Source: Saccostrea echinata (Eukaryota). From it: a DNA stretch of 64,000 nt. The translations under genes and the position numbers were made by a program. Positions 12,598 through 24,460 of the stretch are shown one piece after another. Under the pieces are notes generated by a model, which did not search any database, was not told the origin of the DNA, and saw only the letters and a list, made by a program, of their open reading frames with translations. The stretch covers positions 15,872,001-15,936,000 of the forward strand of contig NW_026889777.1 in NCBI RefSeq assembly GCF_033153115.1. Reading direction: 5' to 3'. The first letter of the stretch is position 1. Each line of letters starts with the position of its first letter.

Positions 12598-12788
12598 CTG
12601 TATATACAGGGTTATTTTTGCCCCATCTTATTTTTGCCCTTTCACACCTGGAAATAATTTTGCCTCGTTTTGAATTCGCCCATTCACAGTTCTGTGAAAG
12701 AGAAAATGCCATGTTCTTCGAAATCGTCCCGTTTTAAATTCGCCCAATTGCGACGAGGGCGAAAGGGGCAAAAATTTCCTGTATACAG
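12598..12788. mobile_element. TA-flanked MITE (same family as 27376-27582)
   Basis: TA|CTGTATA..CAGG ... CCTGTATACAG|TA with shared GGGCGAA/TTCGCCC motifs. Confidence 0.75.
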
Positions 12789-12946
12789 TATTTTCCATAG
12801 CCTAGTACAGTTTATAGGGGATATTAATTAAGTGGAAAACTGTTATTAAAAAATAAAGAAAAACAGGCCAGTCGTGTTTTTAGATACTTTGAACTGAGTA
12901 TACTTTTATGATATGATCATTTTCATGGATCAAAAATCATATACAA

Positions 12947-13438
12947 AGAATCTGGGGGGATAAGACGAGCCATGTGCCCATGCCCATTTTTCGGCTATGC
13001 AAGAACATTTATTGGAAAAAATCTCTCAATTGTTCGAATTTACTTAAGCATTTTAATGTTTACCATAGTTTTCAAAATGATATTTATATTCTAAACAAGC
13101 TAAACAGTTGACTTTTATTTACTGTCACAAATGTCTAACATGGGTAAGGACTTCTATTAATTAATCTGCATATTGAGTGTTTACACTTATTGTGGAGATA
13201 TTATAAAAATGTTTACATCGTATATAATGATAATGGTGATCTAGAAGCGCTTTTATTTAAAATAAATAAAACGGGAATGAAAGTATTCAAATATCTATTA
13301 TAATTTTTATCCGGCATTTTAAATAATTTACTGCAAATAAGTTCATTACTACATGTATATATTTTTATTTCCAGTGAAAAATATGTTATTCCTATAGACA
13401 TTTTTTATAAAGTAAAACAAAATTAAAACCAAAAAAAT

Positions 13439-13473
<35 letters not shown>

Positions 13474-14012
13474 GAGCATGACTCGAACATTTTCCTCAAT
13501 AAACGGCCCTTTAAAGAGCTCGTCGCTAACCACTAGACCACGGAGTCACACTAACATTTCCATTTAAATAGCATACAGTTCTCTATATTTAGCAAGCGTT
13601 TTTGGACTTAGAATTTTTTAAGACCACGGTGAAAATTTAAGTAAGTTAACTTAATTTTTTATGTAGAGTGGGTCTTCATACCAAATTTTTGCAAGTGTAA
13701 AAAGCAACATCTTTCCATTGCCTTTCATTAATCGTTCTCAAAAAAATGGTACGATGACCCACTCTATTTAAAAAATGTAGTTATATCATCCAATTTATGT
13801 CAGTTTCTGTGAAAATTGAGCGTGATGCCATTTTGTTGTGTTAATCAGAATCATTTTCGCTGTTACAGTATTCAGGTTTTGTCAAATTTATATGCAAATG
13901 GTAATAAGCATTACATTAATTCAACAAAAAGTGAAATTTTTGTAAAATGAATTTATTGATTTTTTATCGATCGTTATGTAGGCATATGGCTCGGCTTATC
14001 CCCCCAGTTTCT
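12947..14012. mobile_element. Non-autonomous Kolobok-like DNA transposon
   Basis: About 30-bp imperfect TIRs (AGAATCTGGGGGGATAAGACGAGCCATGTGCC / GGCATATGGCTCGGCTTATCCCCCCAGTTTCT). The right end abuts TTAA. An internal tRNA-like fragment lies at about 13470-13545 on the minus strand. Confidence 0.65.
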
Positions 14013-14527
14013 TTAAGCCGTTTGCGACTTCAGTCTCAAACATGTTGATTGGTGTTTTGGATAAATTAAGAAACGTGTGAAATCATTGTCACGTCATTTT
14101 GAATGGCATTGTTGGAACTTATTAAAAGTATTGTTTTATATATGGTATCAACCACAAAGCTACAAGGAAATGCAGGAATTATATATTTTAAAACGAATTT
14201 AAAAGCTACCGAAGCTATACTGTATATTACCGGGGCGGGGACAGTGTGGTCTTTATAACCTGCGAATAAGCATGTATTGAACTCTTCAAACCCAGCATTT
14301 TGGTGTTAAAGTGAAGTATAAAATACAGATTATACGGTATATACTCATTTTTCAACTCTATCAGATGGCGCTTTACAACTAGAATTGAATTTTAATAAAT
14401 GTATATGTAAACATAGTTATTTGTAAAAGTTTCGATGTTCATGGTATTAAATTTTAACGTCATGTCAAGGTCAAGTATTAGGCATATTAAAAATGTCAAA
14501 TTTCGGTTCTTTTTTTTTTTAGCCAAG

Positions 14528-16720
14528 ATGCCTGCAGAGATTTCTGATCTACCCAATGAAGTTTTGCTGCTGATTTTCTCTTACTTGTCATTTTACGACA
14601 TTGTGCACTCCATTAGGGTGGTATGCTCTCGCTGGCGTGATTTGGGAAAAAAGAAATGTCTATGGAACAGAATAGGAGTCATGAAATGGATGAAAGAAGC
14701 TTTAAACCATGATGACTTCTTGCACAGAGCCAGAGTAATAGGAAGAAACCTTGATACTTTGTCATTTTCAACAATTCAGGAAGAAGAACAGTTTAACTGG
14801 ACACTTGTAACAGACATGGAACATTTTTATTCAATTAAGTATGGTAGATCACACGAAGTTGAAAATGAAAATGATGTTGAGGATGAAGTTGAAGATGATG
14901 ATTCAAAGCGATTTAATGGCCTGCTTTTGTTCTTAAGAGAAGACTTAAGGTGCCCCAATGTAAAAGCAATTCATGCCGTTGAATCAGACATTTCTTTGTG
15001 TAACTTCCTTCAACTTCTAGAAAAATATTCTCAAGTAAAGGAAGTTGTGATTGACCAGAACGCCTGCTTTGATTTACAAAATCCTGAGAAATATATGCCT
15101 GCCTTGCAAAATTTGGTAAAGCTCAACAATCTGACAGTAAAGTGTGATGAAAGAGATGACACTCAAATTGAGGAAGAGGGAATATGGAGAAGCCAGATTT
15201 GGAATACTGAGTTAGAGAAACTGGTGAGGGCACATCCAGATCTAACTTACTTGGATGTTTCCTTACCTGGAAGTTGTGAACATTTAATTGAGACAATTAT
15301 GAAAAATTGTCAAAAGTTAAAGACATTAAAAATGACTGGGGATAAGAGGCAAGAATTAGATTTGAACATAATGCCAAATGCAGCATTGCCATTGGTCGAA
15401 GAACTGAGTCTTTATGACTTTAACTTGGAGCCACACGATTTTAAATCCATATTAACTGTTGCATGTGCGGGTAAGAAGTTGCAAAAGCTAAATCTTATCG
15501 ATTGCTATGATATAACAGAGGACATCTACCAGATTGTTAGTGAGAATTGCCCACTTCTGCGAAGATTCGTTGGAAAAGAAGACGAGCATTATGTAAAAGT
15601 TAAAAATAGAATCTATTTATTGCAACGTACCATGGAATACACATTTATAAATGATAATGCTCTCACCTATCTGTCAGCTTGCAAATATATCCAGGAATTA
15701 AGTATTGCAGACTCGAGTGGAAAAGCGGTTACAGATGAGGGTATCCGGACTCTGGCACGCGGATGTACCCAGTTGAAAAATTTAAACCTAGAAGATTGTG
15801 ACCTGGGCGTAATGGAAGTGGCTCGTTATTGTCGTGAGCTACGCGTTGTTAATCTTAATAAGTGTCTCCACACAACTGGATTTGGCTTTAGTTGTCTAGT
15901 TATTAATTGTCAAGGTCTTCAACACGTTGAAATGTCTGGATGTAACTCTTTCAAGAAAGTCATTTTGAGCAAAGAACAAAGATTTCCAGCAATCCCACTT
16001 GCATCGCTAAATCAGAGTATACATGTTGAAACAAAACCTGCTGAAATTCAATGTAACTGTTCCACATTTTCAGAGTCTTCAAGGATTTGTCCAAAGATAA
16101 TTCGCAGCCAACGAGAAATCAAAGCCCTATATGGGATTACAGAGGACAACATCCCCCAAACCAGTATACAGAACAATGAAGACGAGTCTGCTGCTTTGGT
16201 CTGTTCTCCACCCAAACCATTTCGAGTTTCGTCCGATCACTCCTGGATTCAGATGCTGGACCTGTCCTATTGTAAAAGTGTCTGTGACTCCGATATCATA
16301 GAAATTTGCAAGTATTGTCCAGAAATAAGAAGTCTCATTGTGGCATCCAACGAAAACTTAACAGACACAAGCATTCTTGCTGTTTCTAGATATTTAACAT
16401 TATTGACAACATTGGAAATACAGGGGATAGGTAGATTGACAAATGATTCTTTGACTGCTCTTGCAAAGAGTGATTTGGTTAATTTATCTTTACAAGCATG
16501 TCCGAGAATGACGATTAATGGTTTAGAAAAAATTTTGACGACAAACAAAACTCTAAAGAAAATGCAAATTTGTCAAAATGAAGAGGTTGATGCTGTGGCA
16601 TTCAGGAGCAACAATATCAAAAAACTACTTGTGCGAATTAGTACTGACAATGTTGTGTTTGAAATGACGAACAATATGTATACCGATTGGTTTAATATTG
16701 AAGCAAGGCGTAAATCCTGA
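14528..16720 (+). CDS. F-box/LRR-repeat (FBXL-type) protein, ~730 aa, single coding exon
   Basis: N-terminal F-box (ISDLPNEVLLLIFSYLS..IRVVCSRWRDL) followed by cysteine-containing LRRs (CTQLKNLNLEDC, CRELRVVNLNKC, LDLSYCKSVCD). The likely start is ATG 14528, just after a poly-T/AG acceptor at 14521-14522. Confidence 0.92.
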   Translation: MPAEISDLPNEVLLLIFSYLSFYDIVHSIRVVCSRWRDLGKKKCLWNRIGVMKWMKEALNHDDFLHRARVIGRNLDTLSFSTIQEEEQFNWTLVTDMEHFYSIKYGRSHEVENENDVEDEVEDDDSKRFNGLLLFLREDLRCPNVKAIHAVESDISLCNFLQLLEKYSQVKEVVIDQNACFDLQNPEKYMPALQNLVKLNNLTVKCDERDDTQIEEEGIWRSQIWNTELEKLVRAHPDLTYLDVSLPGSCEHLIETIMKNCQKLKTLKMTGDKRQELDLNIMPNAALPLVEELSLYDFNLEPHDFKSILTVACAGKKLQKLNLIDCYDITEDIYQIVSENCPLLRRFVGKEDEHYVKVKNRIYLLQRTMEYTFINDNALTYLSACKYIQELSIADSSGKAVTDEGIRTLARGCTQLKNLNLEDCDLGVMEVARYCRELRVVNLNKCLHTTGFGFSCLVINCQGLQHVEMSGCNSFKKVILSKEQRFPAIPLASLNQSIHVETKPAEIQCNCSTFSESSRICPKIIRSQREIKALYGITEDNIPQTSIQNNEDESAALVCSPPKPFRVSSDHSWIQMLDLSYCKSVCDSDIIEICKYCPEIRSLIVASNENLTDTSILAVSRYLTLLTTLEIQGIGRLTNDSLTALAKSDLVNLSLQACPRMTINGLEKILTTNKTLKKMQICQNEEVDAVAFRSNNIKKLLVRISTDNVVFEMTNNMYTDWFNIEARRKS

Positions 16721-16849
16721 AGGAATGAATGTTTTAAAAGTATTATGAAGTATGTAATGTTCCAACCCCAATATGAACAATGGACCAGTTTTCATATAGT
16801 TTATGTACACTATACCTGTATGAGTAAAATATAGGTTTATAAGTAAGCA

Positions 16850-17800
16850 ATGTTCTTTTCTCAGAACGGTTGTTGGAAAAGAAGACAAACATTTTGTTAA
16901 TGTTAAAAATATAATCCAATCCATGTATCGAAACAGAGCATTCACATTTATAAGTGACAATACTCTCATCTATCTGTCAACTTGAGTGCATACCCAGGAA
17001 TTAAGTATTGCAGACTCAAGTAGTAGAGAAACTTCAGGTGAAGGTATTAGGACTCTAGCACAAATGAACTATCAAGCTCTTCAACAGATTCAAATATTTT
17101 TGTCACTCCAGAAATTCCAGTTTCATTGCTTGGACAAAGTACATTTCCAGAAACAAAACTGATGAAATTCGATGTGTTTGACCAATTTCTCTGAGGAAAG
17201 GATTTGATGAAAGATTATTTACAACCAACAACTAATATAAACTTCGAGTTCGACAAAGGACAAAGTAAACCAAGCCAGTATAGAGATCGAAGAAAACGAC
17301 TTTGATGCATTAGTTTCTACTTCATTCAAGCCATTTCGAGGTTCGTCCAATCCTTTCTGGATTCAGAAGCTAAATCTGTTGTAATGAGAGACTATATATA
17401 GTAAATATGTCTGTTACTCCGATATATATATATATATTAAAAAAAAAGAGAGATGCAGGTATTTTCTGGAAATAAATTATTATGGCATTTTACTGCAAGA
17501 TGACAGAAGAGAGCATTCTAGCTTTGCGTTACTGAAGGAATTGGATTTGAAAGACATCGATCAACCGTCAAATAATTCTTGGCTACTCTAACTAAAAGAC
17601 ATTTGGTTAATTTGTCTATAAAACGTATCCAAAAATAACAATTACTGATTTAATATTTTTGACCACAAATCTCTATTGGAAATGACAATTTATTAAAGCG
17701 AAGATGGAGTGTTGTGGCATTTATAAGCTACATTAAAAAGCTTGATGCTTAAGCAAATTATCAGTGATGACAATATATCGTATTTGTAATACAGGAGATA
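16850..17800 (+). pseudogene. Decayed tandem partial duplicate of the 3' half of the F-box/LRR gene
   Basis: Collinear similarity to about 15550-16690 (e.g. GTTGGAAAAGAAGAC, CCAGGAATTAAGTATTGCAGACTC, CCATTTCGAG.TTCGTCC, ATTTGGTTAATTT.TCT) with stops, frameshifts and deletions. Confidence 0.85.
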
Positions 17801-19094
17801 TAAATACTAAATGGATAACCTGTCATACATGATGGAATAAGGTCCTATATGTTGATGGATGAACACATGTTATTGCCATATCATAGACGATAAACTCTGA
17901 ATATCGGTGCATTTTTGGATATCGATACAGAGGTACACCGATATGAGCAAAATCAAACGAGTGGATACAAACATCTAATGAGTAAGGTGGGGAAGAACAT
18001 GTTGCATTACTATATGAATTTGATTTTCTTCAAGGCAATGATCTCATGTGATAATCAAGCAAAACATCATGGGGATAATGGATTTAAACGTCTATATGCA
18101 AACTAAAAATATCACAAAGTGTTAAATAAGAAAGCAAATATGTCGATTATGTCCAGGACATTTTGAACAATGGGAACCGATTATTATGTGGGAAGACAGG
18201 GATCCCTGCAAATCGCATTGCCTTTTTAATTAAAAAAGGTCACAGTGCTTTAACATTGGAGTTTTATTCACAGCCTTTCAATTGAATAATGTACAATTAT
18301 CGTGAGAAATCAATCCATCTCAGTTGATGCAGCTTAGGACTCAGTTGGTTTTCAATTCAAAAGTAAAGATTTGATTAGCATCTTTCTGTTTTGCTGGTAT
18401 TCATTTTAAAGATCCTTAAATACACGTATCTTTAAAATAAACAAGTTAGGGGTCCCCACACCCATTGCACTTGAGGGTTTACAATGAAACTAATTCAATC
18501 TTCAAAAATCTTCCCTTACTTCTGAAAAAACAAAGCAAATTTACACATGATTGGATATAGAATGCATTTGGCTGTCCAAAGCAATTGTTTTCCCTAACCT
18601 TTGTTTACTTAGTCATGAGCCCTGGTCCAGCGTGGCGCTCAGTTGATCATAATTTTGAAATGCTTTGTATATTGATGGAAAAAGTTCCTGGGTACCTTGG
18701 TATATTTTACGATAACAGAATGTTTTATAGACAAACTAAAACATAATTATGTATGTATTATACATTTTTAATAATTCATATTCTTATTTTAAAAAAAAGT
18801 ACATAATTAGGCCTATAAGAAACAAAATTTATCTCCTTTGCTTGAACGTTGATATTGGACAATACATACTTAAGTTCAACTTAATGTAAGTATTAATGCT
18901 ACCTCTGGTTGCATTAAATATTAATGTAATTGATTCAACCGAAAATCAAGCAACACTACTGAATCAGCATGGAAAAACCTCAAACTAGCATTTCAATACT
19001 ATGTGTTATCGTATTTATGTTGTAATATTATTTTCATGTAAATTAGTTGAATCTGATTCGTCGAGGAACATTTGTTAAAAATCCCTATTACCCT

Positions 19095-19300
19095 CTGAAT
19101 AATGAAGCCACGCCCTCCAGCGTAGCAACAGTCAACATTGCTTGACGACGGGTAATATTCCAAAAAAACAATATTGACTGCGCAGAATTTATTCGCGATA
19201 TGTTTTTGTATAAAACAGTAATCAGTACAATATATACTAAATATTGCATCGCTGCGCCTCGATTGACAATGGTTTTCTTGGGGTGAAAATTTTCAATGTA
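19095..19300. repeat. Second copy of the 9430-9720 dispersed repeat
   Basis: Shared blocks including TTGACAATGGTTTTCTTG.GGTGAAAATTT. Confidence 0.7.
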
Positions 19301-19701
19301 TAACAATGTATAACGTATAATATAACATTTATTTATATGTATCATGCTGTCGTCATATCTTGAGTAGCAAAGAAATATTCTAAAATGTATTACCTCCATT
19401 GAACTTAAGTTTGTATTGATCGCTGTAACAGTAATTTGCACAACTACCTATAAAACAGATGTCGCTCACCCTAACACCGCCTTATTTCTGTCCTTTATGG
19501 TCTGTAAATGCATTTGATTTATTATTTGTTTATTGTGTCTGCCACAAAGGTATGAAAAATATAATGCTCTAAAATAAAAATCTCAATTAGAATATTAAAA
19601 TCATTGTGCTATTTTTCGTTTGTGTAAATGTTTTTGGTCGTACATGATCACTCACCGACATGAAAAAAAAAATAGCAAGAATCCAATAAATTCTTTGGTC
19701 T

Positions 19702-19740
<39 letters not shown>

Positions 19741-20654
19741 GTTATGTCTATCAGACTTTCTTCTTCTAGGACACTCACTTTTTTTGTGATCGATCTATTT
19801 TTGACTGGCTAAGTACATCAGAATTTAGGAAATACTGACAAACAAAAAGGAGCCATCTGGCTTTTCGTTTATTCTGATTCCTTAATTAGGGATGGGGAAT
19901 TCAAATCATAAGGTATTTGTTCACAAGTCTATATACTCTATAATTAAGTCGATATTGTAAGATGATAAAAATTAAAATTTCTTAAAAAAGAAAATAACAG
20001 ACTTTGTAATGCTTTCATATGAAATTTAAAAACAATCACCATTCTTGGAGAACGAACGTTTGCTTACTAAATTGAATTATTTCTGTATATTTTTTGTACT
20101 ACGATTTATTTAAAAACGAATAAGGAAAACTTGGGAAATATACTATTTAACTTCAGTGTATATGTAGAACATTACAAGTTTTATTGCCAAAGATATAATT
20201 ATTTTTTATGTAACATAATGAATTTGCAAACTTTAAACAAGCCTACTAATATACTAGTATTTTTCCAATGAAAACTCTTATATACAGTTCAGACAACTTT
20301 CTAACCTAACATGCTTTTGCGAATTAATTAAATGCAAATTTTTAAAGTTAATATATTTGTATTAAACAAAGGTACAAACAAAAGATTGGAGGAATTTGCA
20401 ACTTTATCATAGTTTTACATTCATGATTGAATTTTCTTACTTAGTGTTATGTTGCCCCGCCCCCTTTTGCACGAATAATAGCCTTAATATCACTAGCTTT
20501 GCTGTGAATGAATTTAAGTTTCACAGAGCTATTTTGGATTACTATTAAGTATCTTCCATATGTCTTTTTAAGCAATTGACATGTTTCAACTAAAATTTCT
20601 TTATACCTCCTTAAATTTTACCTTAAATGTTTTAGAGTGAGTTTTAATGGGGAC

Positions 20655-22553
20655 TGTGACGGTACATATTGTCGTTTTGTTCATATTGTCGTTTTGTACA
20701 TATTGTCGTTGGCGACAATATGCACCTACCCTCACTGCACATATTGTCGTCCATCGGTACAAAATGTCGCCGACTGAAAAGTTACATATGCACATATTGT
20801 CGCTGGCGACATTATGTGCCTCACCCTCACTGTACATATTGTCACCCAACAGATATTGTTGTTTAAAGATGTCTTTTGTTGTTTTTTGGTGGTTTTGTGA
20901 ATGTAATTGGTGTGAGAATTACACTGACGTGTCTCGTATGCTATTTCATGCAGCTTGATTGTGACGGTACATTTTGTCGTCCTGTTCATATTGTCGCCGG
21001 CGATAATGTATACTTTCCCTCACTGCGTCGTCCATCAGTGTTATTGTATATGTTAAGTGAATTATTTACTTATGAAATTTTACCTTGACCAAGTATATAT
21101 ACAAGTTAAACAAACAATTTACCTAAGCAAATAAAAAAAAAAATTCAAACCACCAGCGAGGGGGGGGGGGTGCTACATCTGTCTTTCGTGTTTGAGAAGG
21201 TTTTAAAATATTTTCTGTATATATTCCTATGTAAAACTTTATTCACCCATTATGACCCCATATTACACCTGGGGTCATGACTTGAACAAAATTGATTTTG
21301 TTTTTGTTTGTTTGTTTGTTGTTACAATGCCCCTCTCGAGAATTTTTCATTCATATTGAGAAGTCACCACTTACTGGTGGAGGGCTGGAAATTTAGACCT
21401 ATACTTGGCACTCAGGATCATTGAGCAGTGAGGGATCTTTTTTGAGCTAGCACCTGAAAATTGAACGTACGCTATGAAGCACAAGTATCATCTCTTCTGA
21501 CCCAGTAGTTCTTGAAAAAAGAAGATTTTGAAAGATTTTTTTCTAAATATTCTATGAAAATCTTAGATCATCTATTGTAGACACACCTATCCCCCGAGGG
21601 ACATGATCTGAATAAAACTGAATCTACACTCTTTAATGTAGCTTTCACACAAGTTTCAACTTTTCTGACACAGTGGTTGTTGAGAAGATTTTTAGAAGTC
21701 ACTAAATTTTCACTTATTCTTAACTGCTTCCCTTGAAAGAGGGCATGGCCCTTCATTTGAATAAACTTGAATCCTCTTTATCCACGGATGCAAGTGTGGC
21801 AAGTTTGGTTGAAATTGACCCAGTAGTTCCTGAGAAGAAGCTGAAATTATGAATAGTTTACAGACAGACGGACAGTCAGACAAAATGCGATCAGTAAAGC
21901 TCTCTTGAACTTCCAGTTCAGGTGATCTAAAAATGTTATTTTTTGCGTTATTCTTATATTATTAACAATAAATAATATTTATAATATTATATCGGCACAT
22001 GATCGTATATAAGAATAACACAAAAAATAATTTCCAAATAATCATTACTACTGAACAAAAAAAATACCTGTTTTCAATCTCCAAGTATATATTACAAGAA
22101 AAAAAAGAACAGCTGATTTATCAGATATCTCAAGAATTACGGTATCTTGATATGTCATAGTGATGTACATCAATCCTGGACACAATTTTCTGACCAGAAA
22201 GTTTTTTCCCTACAGTATTTCGAGTAATGCTGTCTGTCTCCCTCCGTGCAAGTATGTGTTTGTCAATCTCTCTTTCTATTCGTCAAAACAATATATCGAC
22301 GACAATATATGCCGACCTTGACTGTACCTATTGTCGCCGACGTCAATATGTGCTGGTGCTTGACTGTACATTTTGTAGTCCATTATGCAGGAAGAAAATA
22401 AAGCTCGTCTCGGTACATAATTGTCGCCGGCGTCAATATGTACCGATGGACGACAATATGTGCAGTGAGGGTAGGTCCATATTGTCGCCGACGACAATAT
22501 GTACAAAACGACAATATTGCCAAAGATATAATTATGTAATATGTACGGTCACA
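20655..22553. mobile_element. Ginger-like non-autonomous DNA transposon (TGT..ACA ends, 5-bp TSD)
   Basis: GGGAC|TGTGACGGTACAT ... ATGTACGGTCACA|GGGAC. Long TIRs are built from CATATTGTCG repeats. A second left end lies at about 20960. Confidence 0.75.
21190..21932 (+). mobile_element. Truncated HINE/Cg170-type element nested in the Ginger-like element
   Basis: Same TGAACAAACTTGAATC core, (GACA)n tract and AAAGCTC..AGGTGA.CTAAAA terminus as 42008-45194. Confidence 0.7.
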
Positions 22554-22859
22554 GGGACTGCTTTTCGCTTGTGTCATTGTAGATTTTGTACTGCATTTGC
22601 AGCTCTTTTGTGCTCCTCATGAGATACTAAAAGATGTGAGTACCTTGTAGACTTGATAAGTATTTCCAAGAAACCGATTTATATAAATTTTTTAGTAGCA
22701 TGTCATAACTCAAAAGTACAAGCGAGTATCTAAGATGAAGTGCATTTCTTGCACTTCCATTTTTGGAAGAGTCTAGATACAAACAAAAAAAAAATCTTTT
22801 AGGTCAGAGAAAAGAGACTTAATTGATCTTACTGACAACATGCCAAAATTTATAAATGA

Positions 22860-24460
22860 AATATGAAAATAACGAACAGTAATCAATCTGAAACAATACA
22901 AATTTGGAGCAGAGCAAGAACGGGCCTCTAAACAAACAGGGGTGGCATCAGGTGCCAATGAGGAGTAAGCATCCCCTTTCGATCGGTCATGCCTGCGGTG
23001 TGCTCATGCATTGTCATAATCGGGCCAACGGAAAAAATCCGTAGAGAATTTAGTGTTGAAATAATGATCAAACAATTAGTATGAGAAAGGTCAGTCAGCA
23101 TTCGACATAATAATAGATTGGATTTGCTAACAACGTAATCGTATCGACTATAGAATTGAGAAATGATGACTTTAAGGTCAAAATCTAGTAAATGAAAGAT
23201 ACCTACAGTTTTTTCAAATTTGAGAAACGAGTTCTTTTAATGATCCTTTACAAATATGGCTTGCAAAAATAGGGTGTTTCGGGACATAATTTTTTTTATA
23301 AACTAGACGAAAAAACATATTGTAAACTGTAATTTTTAATAAAAAACAAGAAAGTCGGGTACAAATTTAGGAGTTTTTTTCCATCTCAGATAAAAGAAAT
23401 GTATCAATATTGCCTACAGTCTCTCAGAAAACGGTTTTTCATTTCTTCTTAACCTCTACTTCAAAATGATATTAAATTGAATATAGATATCGGGGTTAGT
23501 TTTGACATAATTCCAAATTGAATACATTGAAAATGCTTCATTTGCTACATAATTCTTTTACAGCCGTAAAGTACGGGAAAAATTAAGCTTAAATCAATTA
23601 TGACGTCATAATGGATCTAACACCAAAAAGACAGTCTAAAGTCATTTTACTAGATCTTGACCTTAAACGAGACTGTTCATATCATTGTTTCATCAACTTA
23701 TTTGATAATAGCTTGCCTCGTTTTAGAAATTGTTCGTACTTAGAGTATGCTCTTACGTATCGAATGAAGTGGGAGATATAAACCCCATATGCTGGTGATA
23801 GGGATATATTGCTACTTAAATAAGGGAAATTGACGATGGCAATGTTGAAGTCATCACGTTTATCATAAAGTTTTGTTTTAGGCAACCATTAAGGTATTTT
23901 CTTGTAAAATATTCAAATATGTATCAGACTCTGTGGCATCTTTATATCAAGTTCACTGGGATATATCGAGTCGATATATGAATGGAAGTAACTATTGTAA
24001 ATCGGTCGTCGATATATTTAAATGTCAAGTTAAAGGCCTCAGGAGGTGTCTTTCTAATTCACTGATAAATTTTGCTTCATATGAATATAAAAATAGGTCA
24101 TTTAATAACGGGACGCAATTGTTACCCATGGGAATTCCGACAGATTGTTGGAAAATCCGATCTCCAAAAGAAACATAGATATTGCCAATCAGAATCTCAA
24201 CATCTTTTTAATATTTACGTCAGAGTACTTGTGACTGTGTAAAATCGGAATATTTTTAAAAAATAATTTTGTAAGTGACCAATGACAAGGTAAGTAAATT
24301 TACGAGTTCCATTTTCATTGAAAAAGCAGCTGTCTACGATGTCAAAAAGCATGGAATTTCATTTACTGGGAATTGTTGTGTAAAGTGTTGAAAACTCGTA
24401 CGTTTTGACGTTATTGATTTTGATAGAATTTTGGGATTTCAAATTTTCTAAAAGTTTTGT
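22860..24460 (-). mobile_element. Degraded Penelope-like retroelement (RT fragment and 3' end)
   Basis: Minus-strand translation gives KTYEFSTLYTTIP, QQSVGIPMGNNC and LYDKRDDFNIAIVNFPYLSSNI..SPAYGVYIS, with stops and frameshifts. Confidence 0.75.
23176..23662. mobile_element. Kolobok-like MITE nested in the Penelope-like element
   Basis: TTAA|GGTCAAAATCTAGTAAATGA ... TCATTTTACTAGATCTTGACC|TTAA. The host sequence is continuous across the TTAA. Confidence 0.85.

Noticed and set aside
14435-14527. N-terminal 31 aa of the 761-aa ORF
   Set aside because: This stretch contains a poly-T tract plus AG typical of an intron end, and the F-box starts right after ATG 14528.
19497-19549. Selenocysteine read-through of the TGA in MVCKCI*FIICLLCLPQ
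   Set aside because: No SECIS was identified, neighbouring candidate exons also contain TAA stops, and the exon itself is speculative.
20601-22622. Cluster of short Cys/Arg-rich ORFs on both strands
   Set aside because: They derive from repeated boxes in the transposon TIRs.
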